A stretch of 64,000 nucleotides of DNA from the NCBI GenBank assembly GCA_025355955.1, contig JANXYP010000193.1, positions 3,597 to 67,596 of the forward strand. Reading direction: 5' to 3'. Made by a program: the position numbers and the translations under genes. This stretch comes from Chloroflexota bacterium. GTDB taxonomy: Bacteria; Chloroflexota; Chloroflexia; QHBQ01. The notes under the pieces are model-generated. The model was given only the letters and a program-made list of their open reading frames with translations. It searched no databases and was not told the DNA's origin. Positions 52,339 to 61,855 of this stretch are shown here, in pieces (the stretch's first letter is position 1; the number at the start of each line of letters is the position of its first letter).

Positions 52339-53631
52339 TCAATGGGCGCGCTTTTCACCGCGCCTACTGATGCGTAGCCCCACCGCCATCAGCAGCACAC
52401 CAAGCAGCAGGATGAGCGGGCTAGCCCAGGGCTGGCTACTGCCGGTGTTAGGCAGGTGCGGAGTCGACGGTGTAGCGATCGGAGTCGCGGTCTGGGTTGC
52501 ATATGGCACTTTCGTGCTGGTAGTAACTGCCACCGGCGTGCTGCTAGAGCCTGGTATTGGCGTGCTGGTGGAGCCTGGTATTGATGTGCTGGTGGAGCCT
52601 GGCAGCGGCGTGGAGCTAGCGCCTGGTACTGGCGTTTTGCTAGCGCCCGGTATTGAGGTGCTGGTAGCGCCTGGTATTGGGGTGCTGGTGGAGACTGGTA
52701 CTGGCGTGTTGGTAGGCAGCGGGGTCGTGGGCCTGGGTATTGGCGTAGTGGTAGCGCCTGGCAGCCGTGTGTTAGTGGCGGTTGGCGTTGGAGTGTTGGT
52801 GGCACCGGGCGTGTTAGTTGCGCTCAACACTGCCGTGCTGGTGGGGTTTAGGGTGTTGGTAGCGGTTGGCACCGTGGTGCTGGTAGCAGCGGGCGTATTA
52901 GTGGCTGGCAGCGGCGTGTTAGTGGCAGATGGTCTACCGCAGGCTTGAATGTTGTTGCTGTCGAGGGTAAGCGCACCATTGCGGGCGTATAGACCGCCAG
53001 CGGACGATGCCGACGTATTGAGTGTGATCGAGGTCAGCGCCATAATGTTGCCCATGAAGGTGGTGGACGTTCCCAGGGTGGCGGAACTGCCGATCTGCCA
53101 GAAGATATTGCACGCCTGCGCCCCGTTGATGAGCAGTACGCTGGAATTGCTGGCCGTAGTAAGGGTGCTACCAATCTTGAATATGAAGACACTCGCGGAG
53201 TTGCCTTGACCGTCGAGGGTGAGCTGCCCGGTCAGTTGGGCAGCGGTGTCGAAGCAGTACACTGCGGAAATAAGCGTCTGGCCGCCGAGATTCTGTCCAG
53301 TTAGATTGGTATTACACGTCTGCACGATAGTAGCGTTCCATGCGGCGGTCACATCGCTCTGGGCTTGCTGGGCCACCGCGTCGCCTGGGTGGATCGAGCC
53401 AGTCAGAGTGCCTGGCGGAAATCCGGTGATCGCTGACCCTGGGCTTACCCCTACATCGCCGATCACATGGGTCGCGCCGGTATTCGTCACCGTGCTGCCC
53501 GAGAGTACGCCGAAACTTGCCGCCGTCCCCAGATTGGGTAGGGTTGCGGCCAGCGCTGGCGCGGCCAGTAGCACTAGTATGGGTAGAAACAGGGCCAAGG
53601 TGACGACTGGTAGATACCTTTTGAGTTTCAT
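52339..53631 (-). CDS. DUF3494 (ice-binding-like beta-helix) surface protein with a P/T-rich stalk and an LPXTG-type sorting signal
   Basis: LGTAASFGVLSGSTVTNTGATHVIGDVGVSPGSAITGFPPG is typical of DUF3494. The C-terminus is LPNTG + hydrophobic segment + RISRRGEKR. ATG at 53631 follows TAAGGAG. Confidence 0.8.
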   Translation of the reverse strand: MKLKRYLPVVTLALFLPILVLLAAPALAATLPNLGTAASFGVLSGSTVTNTGATHVIGDVGVSPGSAITGFPPGTLTGSIHPGDAVAQQAQSDVTAAWNATIVQTCNTNLTGQNLGGQTLISAVYCFDTAAQLTGQLTLDGQGNSASVFIFKIGSTLTTASNSSVLLINGAQACNIFWQIGSSATLGTSTTFMGNIMALTSITLNTSASSAGGLYARNGALTLDSNNIQACGRPSATNTPLPATNTPAATSTTVPTATNTLNPTSTAVLSATNTPGATNTPTPTATNTRLPGATTTPIPRPTTPLPTNTPVPVSTSTPIPGATSTSIPGASKTPVPGASSTPLPGSTSTSIPGSTSTPIPGSSSTPVAVTTSTKVPYATQTATPIATPSTPHLPNTGSSQPWASPLILLLGVLLMAVGLRISRRGEKRAH

Positions 53632-54075
53632 CGAAGTAGGCTCCTTATCTGTCAAGTCATCACCGCAGCCGGTGGTGAGCGGGTAACTGGAAGCTGTAGG
53701 CTACGAGGTATGGTCTACAGTGCTATTATAACAATGACTACCAGCATAAGCAAGGAATGTTCCACCGATTCTTCTGCCGGTTTGTCTGGATTTCCAGATA
53801 AATGAAACTGTTGAGCGATAGTAGGCTACCACAGGTAGGTAGATGTACAAACTAAGCTTCCTTGAAATCGTAGAATTGCTTTCCTCTACGTACCCCAATG
53901 TGGTGAGAAGCATGGATTGGCAGCGGTTGCTACATCCTTTGCCGTATTTTAACCCACCTACACCAACCAGATATTGCCCTTCACCGATGTGCGTGTTATA
54001 ATTTATATGACCGCAAGGCCAGAGGCAAGCCGCCCCTGGTCTTTGGCATAACTAGATAAGAAGGTTGTGAGTGCA

Positions 54076-56232
54076 ATGGCTACAATTTTGACCGTTAACA
54101 AACTGAGCAAATCATACGTCGTCACCCAGATATTCAAGAACGTATCGTTTCAGATTAGCGAGAACGAGAAGGTCGCGCTCGTAGGGGTGAACGGCGCGGG
54201 CAAGAGTACGCTGCTGAAGATTGTCGCTGGGATGGAGGAAGCCGACAGCGGCGAGATCATCAAGGCACGAGGGCTGAAGATCACCTACCTGCCCCAGGAA
54301 GTAACCTACATCGGCGATGCCGGGCAAACCCTGATTGGCGAGATGCACAGCGCGTTTGCCGAGGTGCAGGAGATGCAGGCACGGATGCGACAACTGGAGG
54401 CTGCTATAAGCGCGGGCGGCGCGGGCAGCACCTACGCCGCCCTACTCGATGCCTACAGCGACCTCTCCGAACGCTTCGAGCATATGGGCGGCTACGATTA
54501 CGAAACCCGCATCGAACAGATATTGATGGGCCTGGGCTTTGGCCGCAACCAGTTCAATCACCCGCTCGGCAAGCTCAGTGGCGGGCAGAAGACGCGGGCC
54601 GCCCTTGCCAAAGCGCTGCTCACTTCTCCCGATTTGCTGCTGCTCGATGAACCGACCAACCACCTCGACCTCTCTGCCCTCGAATGGCTCGAAGATTTCC
54701 TCAACAAATGGGCGGGCAGCGTCATCCTCATCTCCCACGACCGCTACTTCCTCGATAAAACCACCAACCGCACCCTCGATATGGCTTTCGGCACGCTGGA
54801 GGATTACCCCGGCGGCTACTCGCGCTACCTTGACCTCAAGGCCGATCGGCTGGAGCGGCGCGAGAACGAATACACCGCGCAGCAGGAGTATATTGCCAAG
54901 ACTGAGGACTTCATCCGCCGCTACAAGGCGGGTCAGCGCTACCGCCAGGCGCGCGGGCGGCAGAAACAACTCGACCGCATGGATCGCATCGCCCGCCCCG
55001 ACGAGCATGACAAGCTCAAGCTGCAATTTAACGCCGACCTACGCAGCGGCACTGCGGTGCTGGTTAGCGACGCGCTGGCGGTGGGCTATCGCAATCATCG
55101 GCAGGGCGAACCGCTGGGTGAACGCATCCTCTTCCGCCTGCCCGATGTGGAGTTGCGACGCGGCGAACGAGTCGCCCTGGTGGGGCCGAACGGCAGCGGC
55201 AAATCCACCCTGCTGAAGACGATTGTGGGCGAATTGCCGCCTCTGCACGGCACGCTGCAACTCGGCACCAACGTGATTGTCGGCTACTACGCGCAGGCGC
55301 ACGAGGGGCTGAACCTCGAACACGACATCATCAGCGAGGTGATGAGCGCGCAGCCGATGAGCGAGGAAACTGCCCGCAACCTGCTGGCTCGCTTCATGTT
55401 TACTGGCGATGAGGTTTACCGCCGCGTGGGCGACCTGAGCGGCGGTGAACGCAGCCGCGTGGCCCTGGCGAAGCTGACCCTGGCTCGCGCCAACCTCCTC
55501 ATCCTCGACGAGCCGACCAACCACCTCGACATCAACGCCCGCGAAGCGCTCGAAGAGGTGCTGCGCGAATACCCCGGCACCCTGCTATTCGTTTCGCATG
55601 ACCGCTACTTCATTGACGCAATCGCCAGCCACACCTGGGTGGTAAACAAAGGGCGGCTCGACACCTTTAGCGGCAACTACAGCGACTATCAGGCCGAGGT
55701 TGCTCGCCGCGAACGCGAAGGCATCAATGTGCTGCAAGTACCCCCACCGCAGCCTGCTGCCAGCGCCAACGGCAAACGCAAGAGCCAACCCGTTCCCAGC
55801 GCCAACGGCAACGGCGCAGCCACCCGACCTGCTACCAACGGCGCAGCGCGACCCACCGCCAACGGCGCAGCCCGTAACGGCAAGGCCGCTCCCACTGCCC
55901 CCGCAGTGAAGAATGGCAAATCCCAGCCTAGCGCGTCCGCACCGAAGAATGGGCGCAGCAACGGCCAGACCAGCGCCACTGTCTACGGCGGAGCGCGGCA
56001 ACATAGCCGCGAGGTGGAGCAGCTAGAGCAACTAATCGAGGGTCTGGAGACACGCCTGCGCCAGCTTACTTCTGATCTGGGCGCGGCTACCGAGCAGCGC
56101 GACCTATCCGCCATCAGTCGGCTGGGGCGGGAATACGAGGCCGCCGAGGTGGAGCTTGAGCGCAAATACAAGGATTGGGAGCGGCTATCCAGCATGGTGG
56201 CCGCCTTATTGATTGTAGAAGGTAGAATGTAG
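54076..56232 (+). CDS. ABC-F family ATPase (two ABC cassettes, no TM) with a low-complexity and coiled-coil C-terminal extension
   Basis: GVNGAGKST/LSGGQKTR and GPNGSGKST/LSGGERSR. The C-terminal 8 residues are encoded by a heptamer array (56209-56236). Confidence 0.9.
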   Translation: MATILTVNKLSKSYVVTQIFKNVSFQISENEKVALVGVNGAGKSTLLKIVAGMEEADSGEIIKARGLKITYLPQEVTYIGDAGQTLIGEMHSAFAEVQEMQARMRQLEAAISAGGAGSTYAALLDAYSDLSERFEHMGGYDYETRIEQILMGLGFGRNQFNHPLGKLSGGQKTRAALAKALLTSPDLLLLDEPTNHLDLSALEWLEDFLNKWAGSVILISHDRYFLDKTTNRTLDMAFGTLEDYPGGYSRYLDLKADRLERRENEYTAQQEYIAKTEDFIRRYKAGQRYRQARGRQKQLDRMDRIARPDEHDKLKLQFNADLRSGTAVLVSDALAVGYRNHRQGEPLGERILFRLPDVELRRGERVALVGPNGSGKSTLLKTIVGELPPLHGTLQLGTNVIVGYYAQAHEGLNLEHDIISEVMSAQPMSEETARNLLARFMFTGDEVYRRVGDLSGGERSRVALAKLTLARANLLILDEPTNHLDINAREALEEVLREYPGTLLFVSHDRYFIDAIASHTWVVNKGRLDTFSGNYSDYQAEVARREREGINVLQVPPPQPAASANGKRKSQPVPSANGNGAATRPATNGAARPTANGAARNGKAAPTAPAVKNGKSQPSASAPKNGRSNGQTSATVYGGARQHSREVEQLEQLIEGLETRLRQLTSDLGAATEQRDLSAISRLGREYEAAEVELERKYKDWERLSSMVAALLIVEGRM

Positions 56233-56350
56233 AATGGGGCGTGCCATTGGGTACGCCTCTCCTAATGCAACCAGCCCCTCGCCCCGCCGGGATAGAGGGC
56301 CAGCGATTCCCTCGCCCCGCCGGGGGAGAGGGCTAGGGAGAGGGGCAACT

Positions 56351-56893
56351 ATGCAGCGTATCGTAGTGGTTGGCTCGACTGGCTCAGGCAAAACCACCAT
56401 GGCGCGGCAGCTTGGCGGCTTGCTGGGGTTGCCGCACGTGGAGTTGGATGCGCTACACTGGGATGCCAACTGGACCGAAGCGCCCGACGATGTGTTTCGC
56501 CAGCGCGTCGTCAACGCCCTCAGCGGCGACGGCTGGGTGGTTGACGGCAACTACAGCGCGGTGCGCGATCTCATCTGGGGCCGCACCGATACCATCGTCT
56601 GGCTGGATTACTCGCTGGGGCTGATCCTGCGGCGACTGGCGCGGCGCACGGCGCGACGGGTGTTTACCCGCGAGCAGTTGTGGAACGGCAACCACGAGTC
56701 GCTGCGTAACGCCCTCAGCCCCAATGACAAAAGCCTATTTGTCTGGGCGGTCAAGAAGTACCAGCAGCGGCGGCGCGAGTACCCCATCCTGTTCAGCCAG
56801 CCAGAATACGCGCACCTGCGGGTGGTAAGATTGCACACACCGAAGGAGACGGAACGCTGGTTGGCGCAAATAAAGACACCAGCTACAATATAA
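56351..56893 (+). CDS. P-loop NTPase/kinase (adenylate-kinase-like, topology-modulation-protein-like)
   Basis: MQRIVVVGSTGSGKTTMARQL… The upstream ORF extension is translated hairpin repeat. Confidence 0.75.
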   Translation: MQRIVVVGSTGSGKTTMARQLGGLLGLPHVELDALHWDANWTEAPDDVFRQRVVNALSGDGWVVDGNYSAVRDLIWGRTDTIVWLDYSLGLILRRLARRTARRVFTREQLWNGNHESLRNALSPNDKSLFVWAVKKYQQRRREYPILFSQPEYAHLRVVRLHTPKETERWLAQIKTPATI

Positions 56894-56937
56894 CACTCTC
56901 TCCCCTAATATGGGGAGGGTTGGGGAGGGGTGACAGC

Positions 56938-57540
56938 GTGCCGCTGCTAATCGGACTAACCGGCAACATCGCGGTGGGCAAGAGTACCGTGCTGGCGATG
57001 CTGGCAGCGCATGGCGCTTACACGATTGATGCGGATCAGGGAACGCATCGGGTGCTTGCGCCGGGCGGTGGAGCATACAAGCCGGTGGTGGCGCTCTGGC
57101 CGCAGGTGGTGCGCGAAGATGGTACGATTGACCGCGCCGCGCTGGGCCAGATTGTCTTCCGCAACGCGGCGGAACTGGCGAAGCTGGAGGATATTACCCA
57201 TCCCGCGATTGGCAAGCTGATCTGGGACGAGGTGGCCGAGGCCGAGCGCAAGGGATATGCGGTAATCGTGATTGATGCGGTCAAGCTATTGGAGGGTCGC
57301 ACCAGACTGGGCGACCATGTGGACAACGTGTGGGTGGTGGTTTGCGATGCGGCGCAGCAGCGGGCGCGGTTGATGGCGCGCAACAATCTAAGCGAGGAGC
57401 AGGCGCAGATGCGCCTCGATGCCCAACCGCCCCTTGCCGAGAAGCTGGCCCGCGCCGATGTGGTGATTGACAACAGCGGCAGTATCGCACAGACACAGCA
57501 GCAGGTAGACGAGGCGTGGGCAAGGGTAGTAGACCGTTAA
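56938..57540 (+). CDS. coaE: Dephospho-CoA kinase
   Basis: (V)PLLIGLTGNIAVGKSTV… and …VIDAVKLLE… GTG at 56938 follows GGGGAGGGG. The ATG at 56920 lies inside a hairpin repeat. Confidence 0.85.
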   Translation: MPLLIGLTGNIAVGKSTVLAMLAAHGAYTIDADQGTHRVLAPGGGAYKPVVALWPQVVREDGTIDRAALGQIVFRNAAELAKLEDITHPAIGKLIWDEVAEAERKGYAVIVIDAVKLLEGRTRLGDHVDNVWVVVCDAAQQRARLMARNNLSEEQAQMRLDAQPPLAEKLARADVVIDNSGSIAQTQQQVDEAWARVVDR

Positions 57541-57577
57541 ATCCCCTCGCCCTTTGGGAGAGGCTGGGTGAGGTTGG

Positions 57578-58114
57578 TCAGCCCGCGTTATCCACTTCCA
57601 GCTTGCCGGGATAGATTAGGCTTTCGAGGTCGGCGCTATCTTCGGGGGCGTAATGGGCAATCACGGCGCGGACTGCGGTAAGCGCCTGAGCGTCGGCGCA
57701 GCCAACCAGCCTACCGAGGTCGCCCATATCCACCAGGCTACCCCGGCGCAGCTTAATCATTACTAGATAGGGCAGGGGCATGATAGGCAACCCTTGCCCA
57801 TCTCTATTGCTCTGCGCTTGCGCTATGGCAGTGGCGACCCACTCATCTTGAGGCTCGACTACATCAATCTTCAGCCCACCTTGATCGCGCCAGGTCGAGC
57901 CGCCTGATTTCAGTTCGGCAACATAAATATAGCCAGCTTCGCGCAGACGCTGGCGAACTTCCGGGCCATCGGCAGGGTTGATGGCAATATCGTAATCCTG
58001 CGTTACCCGCTCCGGCATATAGAGCCGGGTGGCGACTGCGCCAGTTACCGCCCAGGGAATAGGCTTGAGGATGGGGTCAAAGTCGGGCCAGATGTGGTGG
58101 GTAGTCCGTCGCAT
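57578..58114 (-). CDS. Putative nucleotidyltransferase-fold protein (hypothetical)
   Basis: …WAVTGAVATRLYMPERVTQDYDIAI… resembles the G[SA]…DxD minimal NTase motif. The start is uncertain (58114 vs 58270). Confidence 0.5.
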   Translation of the reverse strand: MRRTTHHIWPDFDPILKPIPWAVTGAVATRLYMPERVTQDYDIAINPADGPEVRQRLREAGYIYVAELKSGGSTWRDQGGLKIDVVEPQDEWVATAIAQAQSNRDGQGLPIMPLPYLVMIKLRRGSLVDMGDLGRLVGCADAQALTAVRAVIAHYAPEDSADLESLIYPGKLEVDNAG

Positions 58115-58269
58115 CAAGAACTCTTTGCTGCTGCCGTTGCCAGGGCGCTGACGGCGCAAGCACATATCAATGATGGTGCGACGATATATGGATTCTGGCA
58201 TACAATACCCTTCGCAAACAGTGGTAATGTGGTAGGTTCCAATAGCAGATGATGCGTTGCATCGGGGCA

Positions 58270-58790
58270 AGCACCAACCGCCCCTACACTAGCATTGGTG
58301 GTTACGATGGGCATTGATGCGCTTCAAGCGGGCGGGCAGCCGCCCCTACACTAGCATTGGTGCGCTTCAAGCGGGCGGGCAGCCGCCCGCCCCTACGTCA
58401 GCATTGGTGGTTTCGATGGGCATTGACGCGCTTCAAGCGGGCGGGCAGCCGCCCGCCCCTACGTCAGCGTTGGTGGTTTCGATGGGTGGTGATGCGCTTC
58501 AAGCGGGCAGGCAACCGCCCGCCCCTACACTAGCATTGGTGGTTTCGATCGGTGGTGGCGCGCTTCAAGCGGGCGGGCAGCCGCCCGCCCCTACACCAAC
58601 ATTGGTGGTTCCAATAGGCATTGATGCGCTTCATGTGGGCGAATGCAACCAGCCCCTACGTCAGCGTTCGTCGTTGCGATGAGCAGGTATAAGCTTCATG
58701 CGGGCGTATGCCATGCGCCCCTACAGCAATGTTGGTAGTTACGATAGGCAGTGATGCGCTTCAGCGCAGCGAACGCCGCCAGCGCCTACA
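58270..58790. repeat. Tandem array (~9 units of 47-75 bp, three with an exact 66-bp period) of a REP-containing composite unit
   Basis: Unit CCCCTACGTCAGCATTGGTGGTTTCGATGGGCATTGATGCGCTTCAAGCGGGCGGGCAGCCGCCCG. CCCCTAC anchors are at 58281, 58343, 58390, 58456, 58522, 58588, 58653 and 58728. Confidence 0.9.
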
Positions 58791-58823
58791 TTTACCATTC
58801 ACCATTTACCATTCACCATTGGC
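58789..58823. repeat. Heptanucleotide array (CATTTAC/CATTCAC)
   Basis: It ends 3 nt from the stop at 58826. Confidence 0.85.
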
Positions 58824-58825
58824 CT

Positions 58826-60574
58826 TTACTGCGGCGGGGCTAGCGAGGTAAAGTAGTCGCGCACGTAGCCCTTCAGGTTCTGCGGGATGTAGCTATTTTG
58901 CAGATCGCTGGTGGCCTGGTCGCTATACTTCTTGTAGACTTGCGAGTACGGCACCTGGGGTGCGCCGCTGGCGTTGCCGCCGCTGCTACCTGCGTTGGAG
59001 CCGCCCACGCCCGAACCCGTGCCTGAGCCGACCGGTTTGCCGCCGCCGCTGCCGTTGCCGTTATTGCTGTTACCGATAGGCAGGGGGGTACCGCTGGGGC
59101 TGTTCTGGAGCGGTTCAGGGGCATAGATGGGGTCGCTGCTGCCGAGGTTGCCGCCCGCACCGCTGCCGCCCTTCCCTGGCTGCGAACCGCTTTTGTCGGG
59201 GCTATTGCCACTCTGCGATCCACTCTGGCCGCCTGGCTGCGGGTTGCTGCCCGACTGCTGATTGCCCGACTGGGGGGTGCCGCTCGCCGCGGGCTGCGGC
59301 GTGCCAGCCGCGTTGGGCTGGTTGCCAGACGTAGCAGCGTTGTTTGTGGAGTTGCCGCCACCTGCGACCGCAGTGCCGCGGGGCTGAGGCGTGGGTTGAC
59401 CGGCCTGGGCGACCGCTTGCTCACCGTTCTGCACCTGGGCCAGCGCTTGCTGCAACTGCTGCTGCGCGGCGATCGACTGACCGGCATCAGCCACCTGCCC
59501 TGAAGCATCCTCCAGCGCGTGCTGGGCGGCGGCGAGGTCACCCTTCTTCAGCGCGGCGGCCGCCTGCTGCAGCGCGGCTGCCAGCTTGGGGTCGATACTG
59601 GATAGTGCGGTGGCTGCCTGCGTTAGCGCATTCTGCAGGTTGAGTAGCTGGTCGGGGCGTAGGTTAGGGATGTTGTTGGCGAGGTCGTGCATCCCCTGCG
59701 CCGCATCCTGGAAGTTGCCCAGTTGCAGGTTGTTAGCGATCGCCTGGATGGCCGGGTCGGTGAACTTGCCTAGCTCCTGGCCGAGACGATTGAGCGCCTC
59801 CTTCTCCGCCAGGCTGGCGGGATCTTGCAGCTTCTTCAGGTTATCCTCGGTCTGCTGCATCCGTGCCAGCGCCTGTTCGCGGCTGAGGGTACCGTTGGCG
59901 AGATCGCGCTGCAATGCGGCGATTTCGGTGAGCAACTGCTGGCGCACCGGATCATCGACGTTGGGCGCTTGCTCGATCTCGTGCTGCACCTGTTGGATTT
60001 TGCTGGCAACCTCTTGTTGGGTGGCTTTTACCGCCTCGCGCTGGCGGGCCGCTGCCTCCAGCGGGTTGGGCGCATACAACGCCAGCAACAGCAGCACCGC
60101 TAGCACCGCACTGAAGGCGAGATCGCGCCCGTTCAGGCGGACGGGGAAAGCGTGGCGAATGTCCGCGCTACCCGCGACGTGGGCGGCATCCGCTGCCTGC
60201 AGCGCCACCATCGTTCCCTGCGCCTTTCGGTTGTGGGCATCGACTGCGGTGCTGAGACGCTCGTGGAGGTCCATAACCTGATCTATACGGCGGGCGATCT
60301 CGATACGCGGGCGGGGGCGCAGAAAGGCGAAGATAAAGTTGAGCGCGAGGGCGAGAGCGATCGCCCCGCCGATTAGCTCACCTACCTGGGTAGGGCTGTA
60401 ATGCGGCCAGATGCGGGTGGCCGCCGCCACCAACGCGGCCAGCGCGAAGCCCGCGCCCAATGCGATGGGCAGGCCGCGTATCGCCTCCTGCCAGCGCAGG
60501 CGGCGCTCCAGCCGCCGCAGGTCAGTCAGCAAATCGTCATAAACCGCCTGCGTGTCAATAATCCGCATACTCAT
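58826..60574 (-). CDS. Membrane protein with a long coiled-coil/low-complexity region and a conserved-looking C-terminal motif (hypothetical)
   Basis: Two or three N-terminal TMs, Q/A-rich coiled coil, G/S/N-rich segment, and C-terminus …YSQVYKKYSDQATSDLQNSYIPQNLKGYVRDYFTSL. Confidence 0.7.
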   Translation of the reverse strand: MSMRIIDTQAVYDDLLTDLRRLERRLRWQEAIRGLPIALGAGFALAALVAAATRIWPHYSPTQVGELIGGAIALALALNFIFAFLRPRPRIEIARRIDQVMDLHERLSTAVDAHNRKAQGTMVALQAADAAHVAGSADIRHAFPVRLNGRDLAFSAVLAVLLLLALYAPNPLEAAARQREAVKATQQEVASKIQQVQHEIEQAPNVDDPVRQQLLTEIAALQRDLANGTLSREQALARMQQTEDNLKKLQDPASLAEKEALNRLGQELGKFTDPAIQAIANNLQLGNFQDAAQGMHDLANNIPNLRPDQLLNLQNALTQAATALSSIDPKLAAALQQAAAALKKGDLAAAQHALEDASGQVADAGQSIAAQQQLQQALAQVQNGEQAVAQAGQPTPQPRGTAVAGGGNSTNNAATSGNQPNAAGTPQPAASGTPQSGNQQSGSNPQPGGQSGSQSGNSPDKSGSQPGKGGSGAGGNLGSSDPIYAPEPLQNSPSGTPLPIGNSNNGNGSGGGKPVGSGTGSGVGGSNAGSSGGNASGAPQVPYSQVYKKYSDQATSDLQNSYIPQNLKGYVRDYFTSLAPPQ

Positions 60575-60592
60575 GGGCTAGCTCTCCATCGA

Positions 60593-60627
60593 AGGCATGA
60601 GGCACGAGGCATGAGGCATGAGTGTTT
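60593..60627. repeat. Heptanucleotide array (AGGCATG)
   Basis: aggcatg-aggcacg-aggcatg-aggcatg, 19 nt upstream of the start at 60574. Inverse copies (CTCATGC / TCATGCC) are at 60746-60759 and 60903-60923. Confidence 0.85.
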
Positions 60628-61149
60628 TTGCCATAGTTCTTCTGACCGCCTCACTAACACTTATGCTCTGTTATAACATATAGACGTTGAAATGCAAAGG
60701 TAGGTTGCATTTAAATCATATGGTAAGCGGGCAAAAGGCTTACATCTCATGCCTCATTACCAAATAAACAAAGTTCTGATCACTCCCCTCCCGGCGGGAG
60801 GGGTTGGGGGTGGGTCCGGGCAGCGCGACTCGCACCCTCCCCTACCCCTCCCGGTGGGAGGGGAAACTACACCTCGCCATCAAAACTTTGTTTATTCGGC
60901 AATCATGCCTCATGCCTCGCATCAGGTTGCACATATATTACGCTACTCAGGAGGCAAAGGGTTCAGATGTTGCTGTGAGGGCATAAGACGGGATGGCAAC
61001 CAGCAGACTTCTAGCTTGTCCCTTAGAAAGCCATTATGATATACTGGTCTCAGACTGGGCAAAGCAGAGATCGGCCCGGTTAAGCGGGTTAGAAGGCGTG
61101 ACCGTTACGTTCATGAATTATTGTCAATCAAACTAAAAGGAGAACGATA

Positions 61150-61464
61150 ATGGCAAACTACGTATTGGTGTACAAAGGTGGGGGCATGGCGCAGAGCGAT
61201 GCCGAACGTGACGCGATGATGGTAGAGTGGGGCAAGTGGTTCGGCAGCCTCGGTGCGGCGCTTGTTGATGGCGGTAATCCCTTTGCCCAGTCGGCTGCAG
61301 TGGCCGCGGACGGCACCGTCCAGGCTGGCGCACCATCGGGCTTGACTGGCTATACGATCTTGAGCGCGGATAGCCTGAATGCCGCCACCGCGATGGTTAA
61401 GGGCTGCCCTCAACTGGCCGCTGGCGGCAGTGTCGAAGTCTACGAGGTCCATCCGGCGATGTAG
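61150..61464 (+). CDS. YciI-like (DGPF/YCII-related) small protein
   Basis: AAAGGAGAA RBS. MANYVLVYKGGG…W…W…GGNPF…GYTILSADSLNAATAMVKGCP…VEVYEV. Confidence 0.7.
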   Translation: MANYVLVYKGGGMAQSDAERDAMMVEWGKWFGSLGAALVDGGNPFAQSAAVAADGTVQAGAPSGLTGYTILSADSLNAATAMVKGCPQLAAGGSVEVYEVHPAM

Positions 61465-61855
61465 TTGGGCGGCCCATCAAATTGAGTCATCCCAAAGTTC
61501 GATTACCTAAGCCCCTAGCATGGGTTGGAGGAGAATGTTGCAGCGCACTAATACCTCGGTAAGCATCTAATACCAATTAGCTATGGTACCACTATAGATC
61601 GAAGCAGGGCGAACAACGGTTCGCCCCTACAGAACTATAGCATCTCCTTGGCTAATTAGTATAAGCTATATCTTGCTTACTTCGATATTAGTGCAGGGCG
61701 AGATTCTCCCCCAACCCCCGCTGGGGGCTTGGATTTATGCGCTGGGGGCTTGGATTTATGGCTGGTGTAAGGGCGGATTGCGTCCGCCCTGGTGGAATGT
61801 CAAGATAGCGAGCTGCACCACCTGGTCAGCGCCCAAACGGTGATATAATGTGGCT

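Noticed and set aside
58314-58682. 122-aa ORF (…GALQAGGQPPAPTSALVVSMG… repeated)
   Set aside because: It is a pure translation of the tandem repeat array, with periodic identical peptide blocks and no RBS.
58270-58790. Possible CRISPR array (regular ~66-bp period with a palindromic 'repeat')
   Set aside because: The would-be spacers (…GTCAGCATTGGTGGTTTCGATGGGCATTGAT…) are themselves near-identical from unit to unit. The palindromic part is the variable piece, and no cas genes or leader are nearby. It is a tandem array of a dispersed REP-containing unit.
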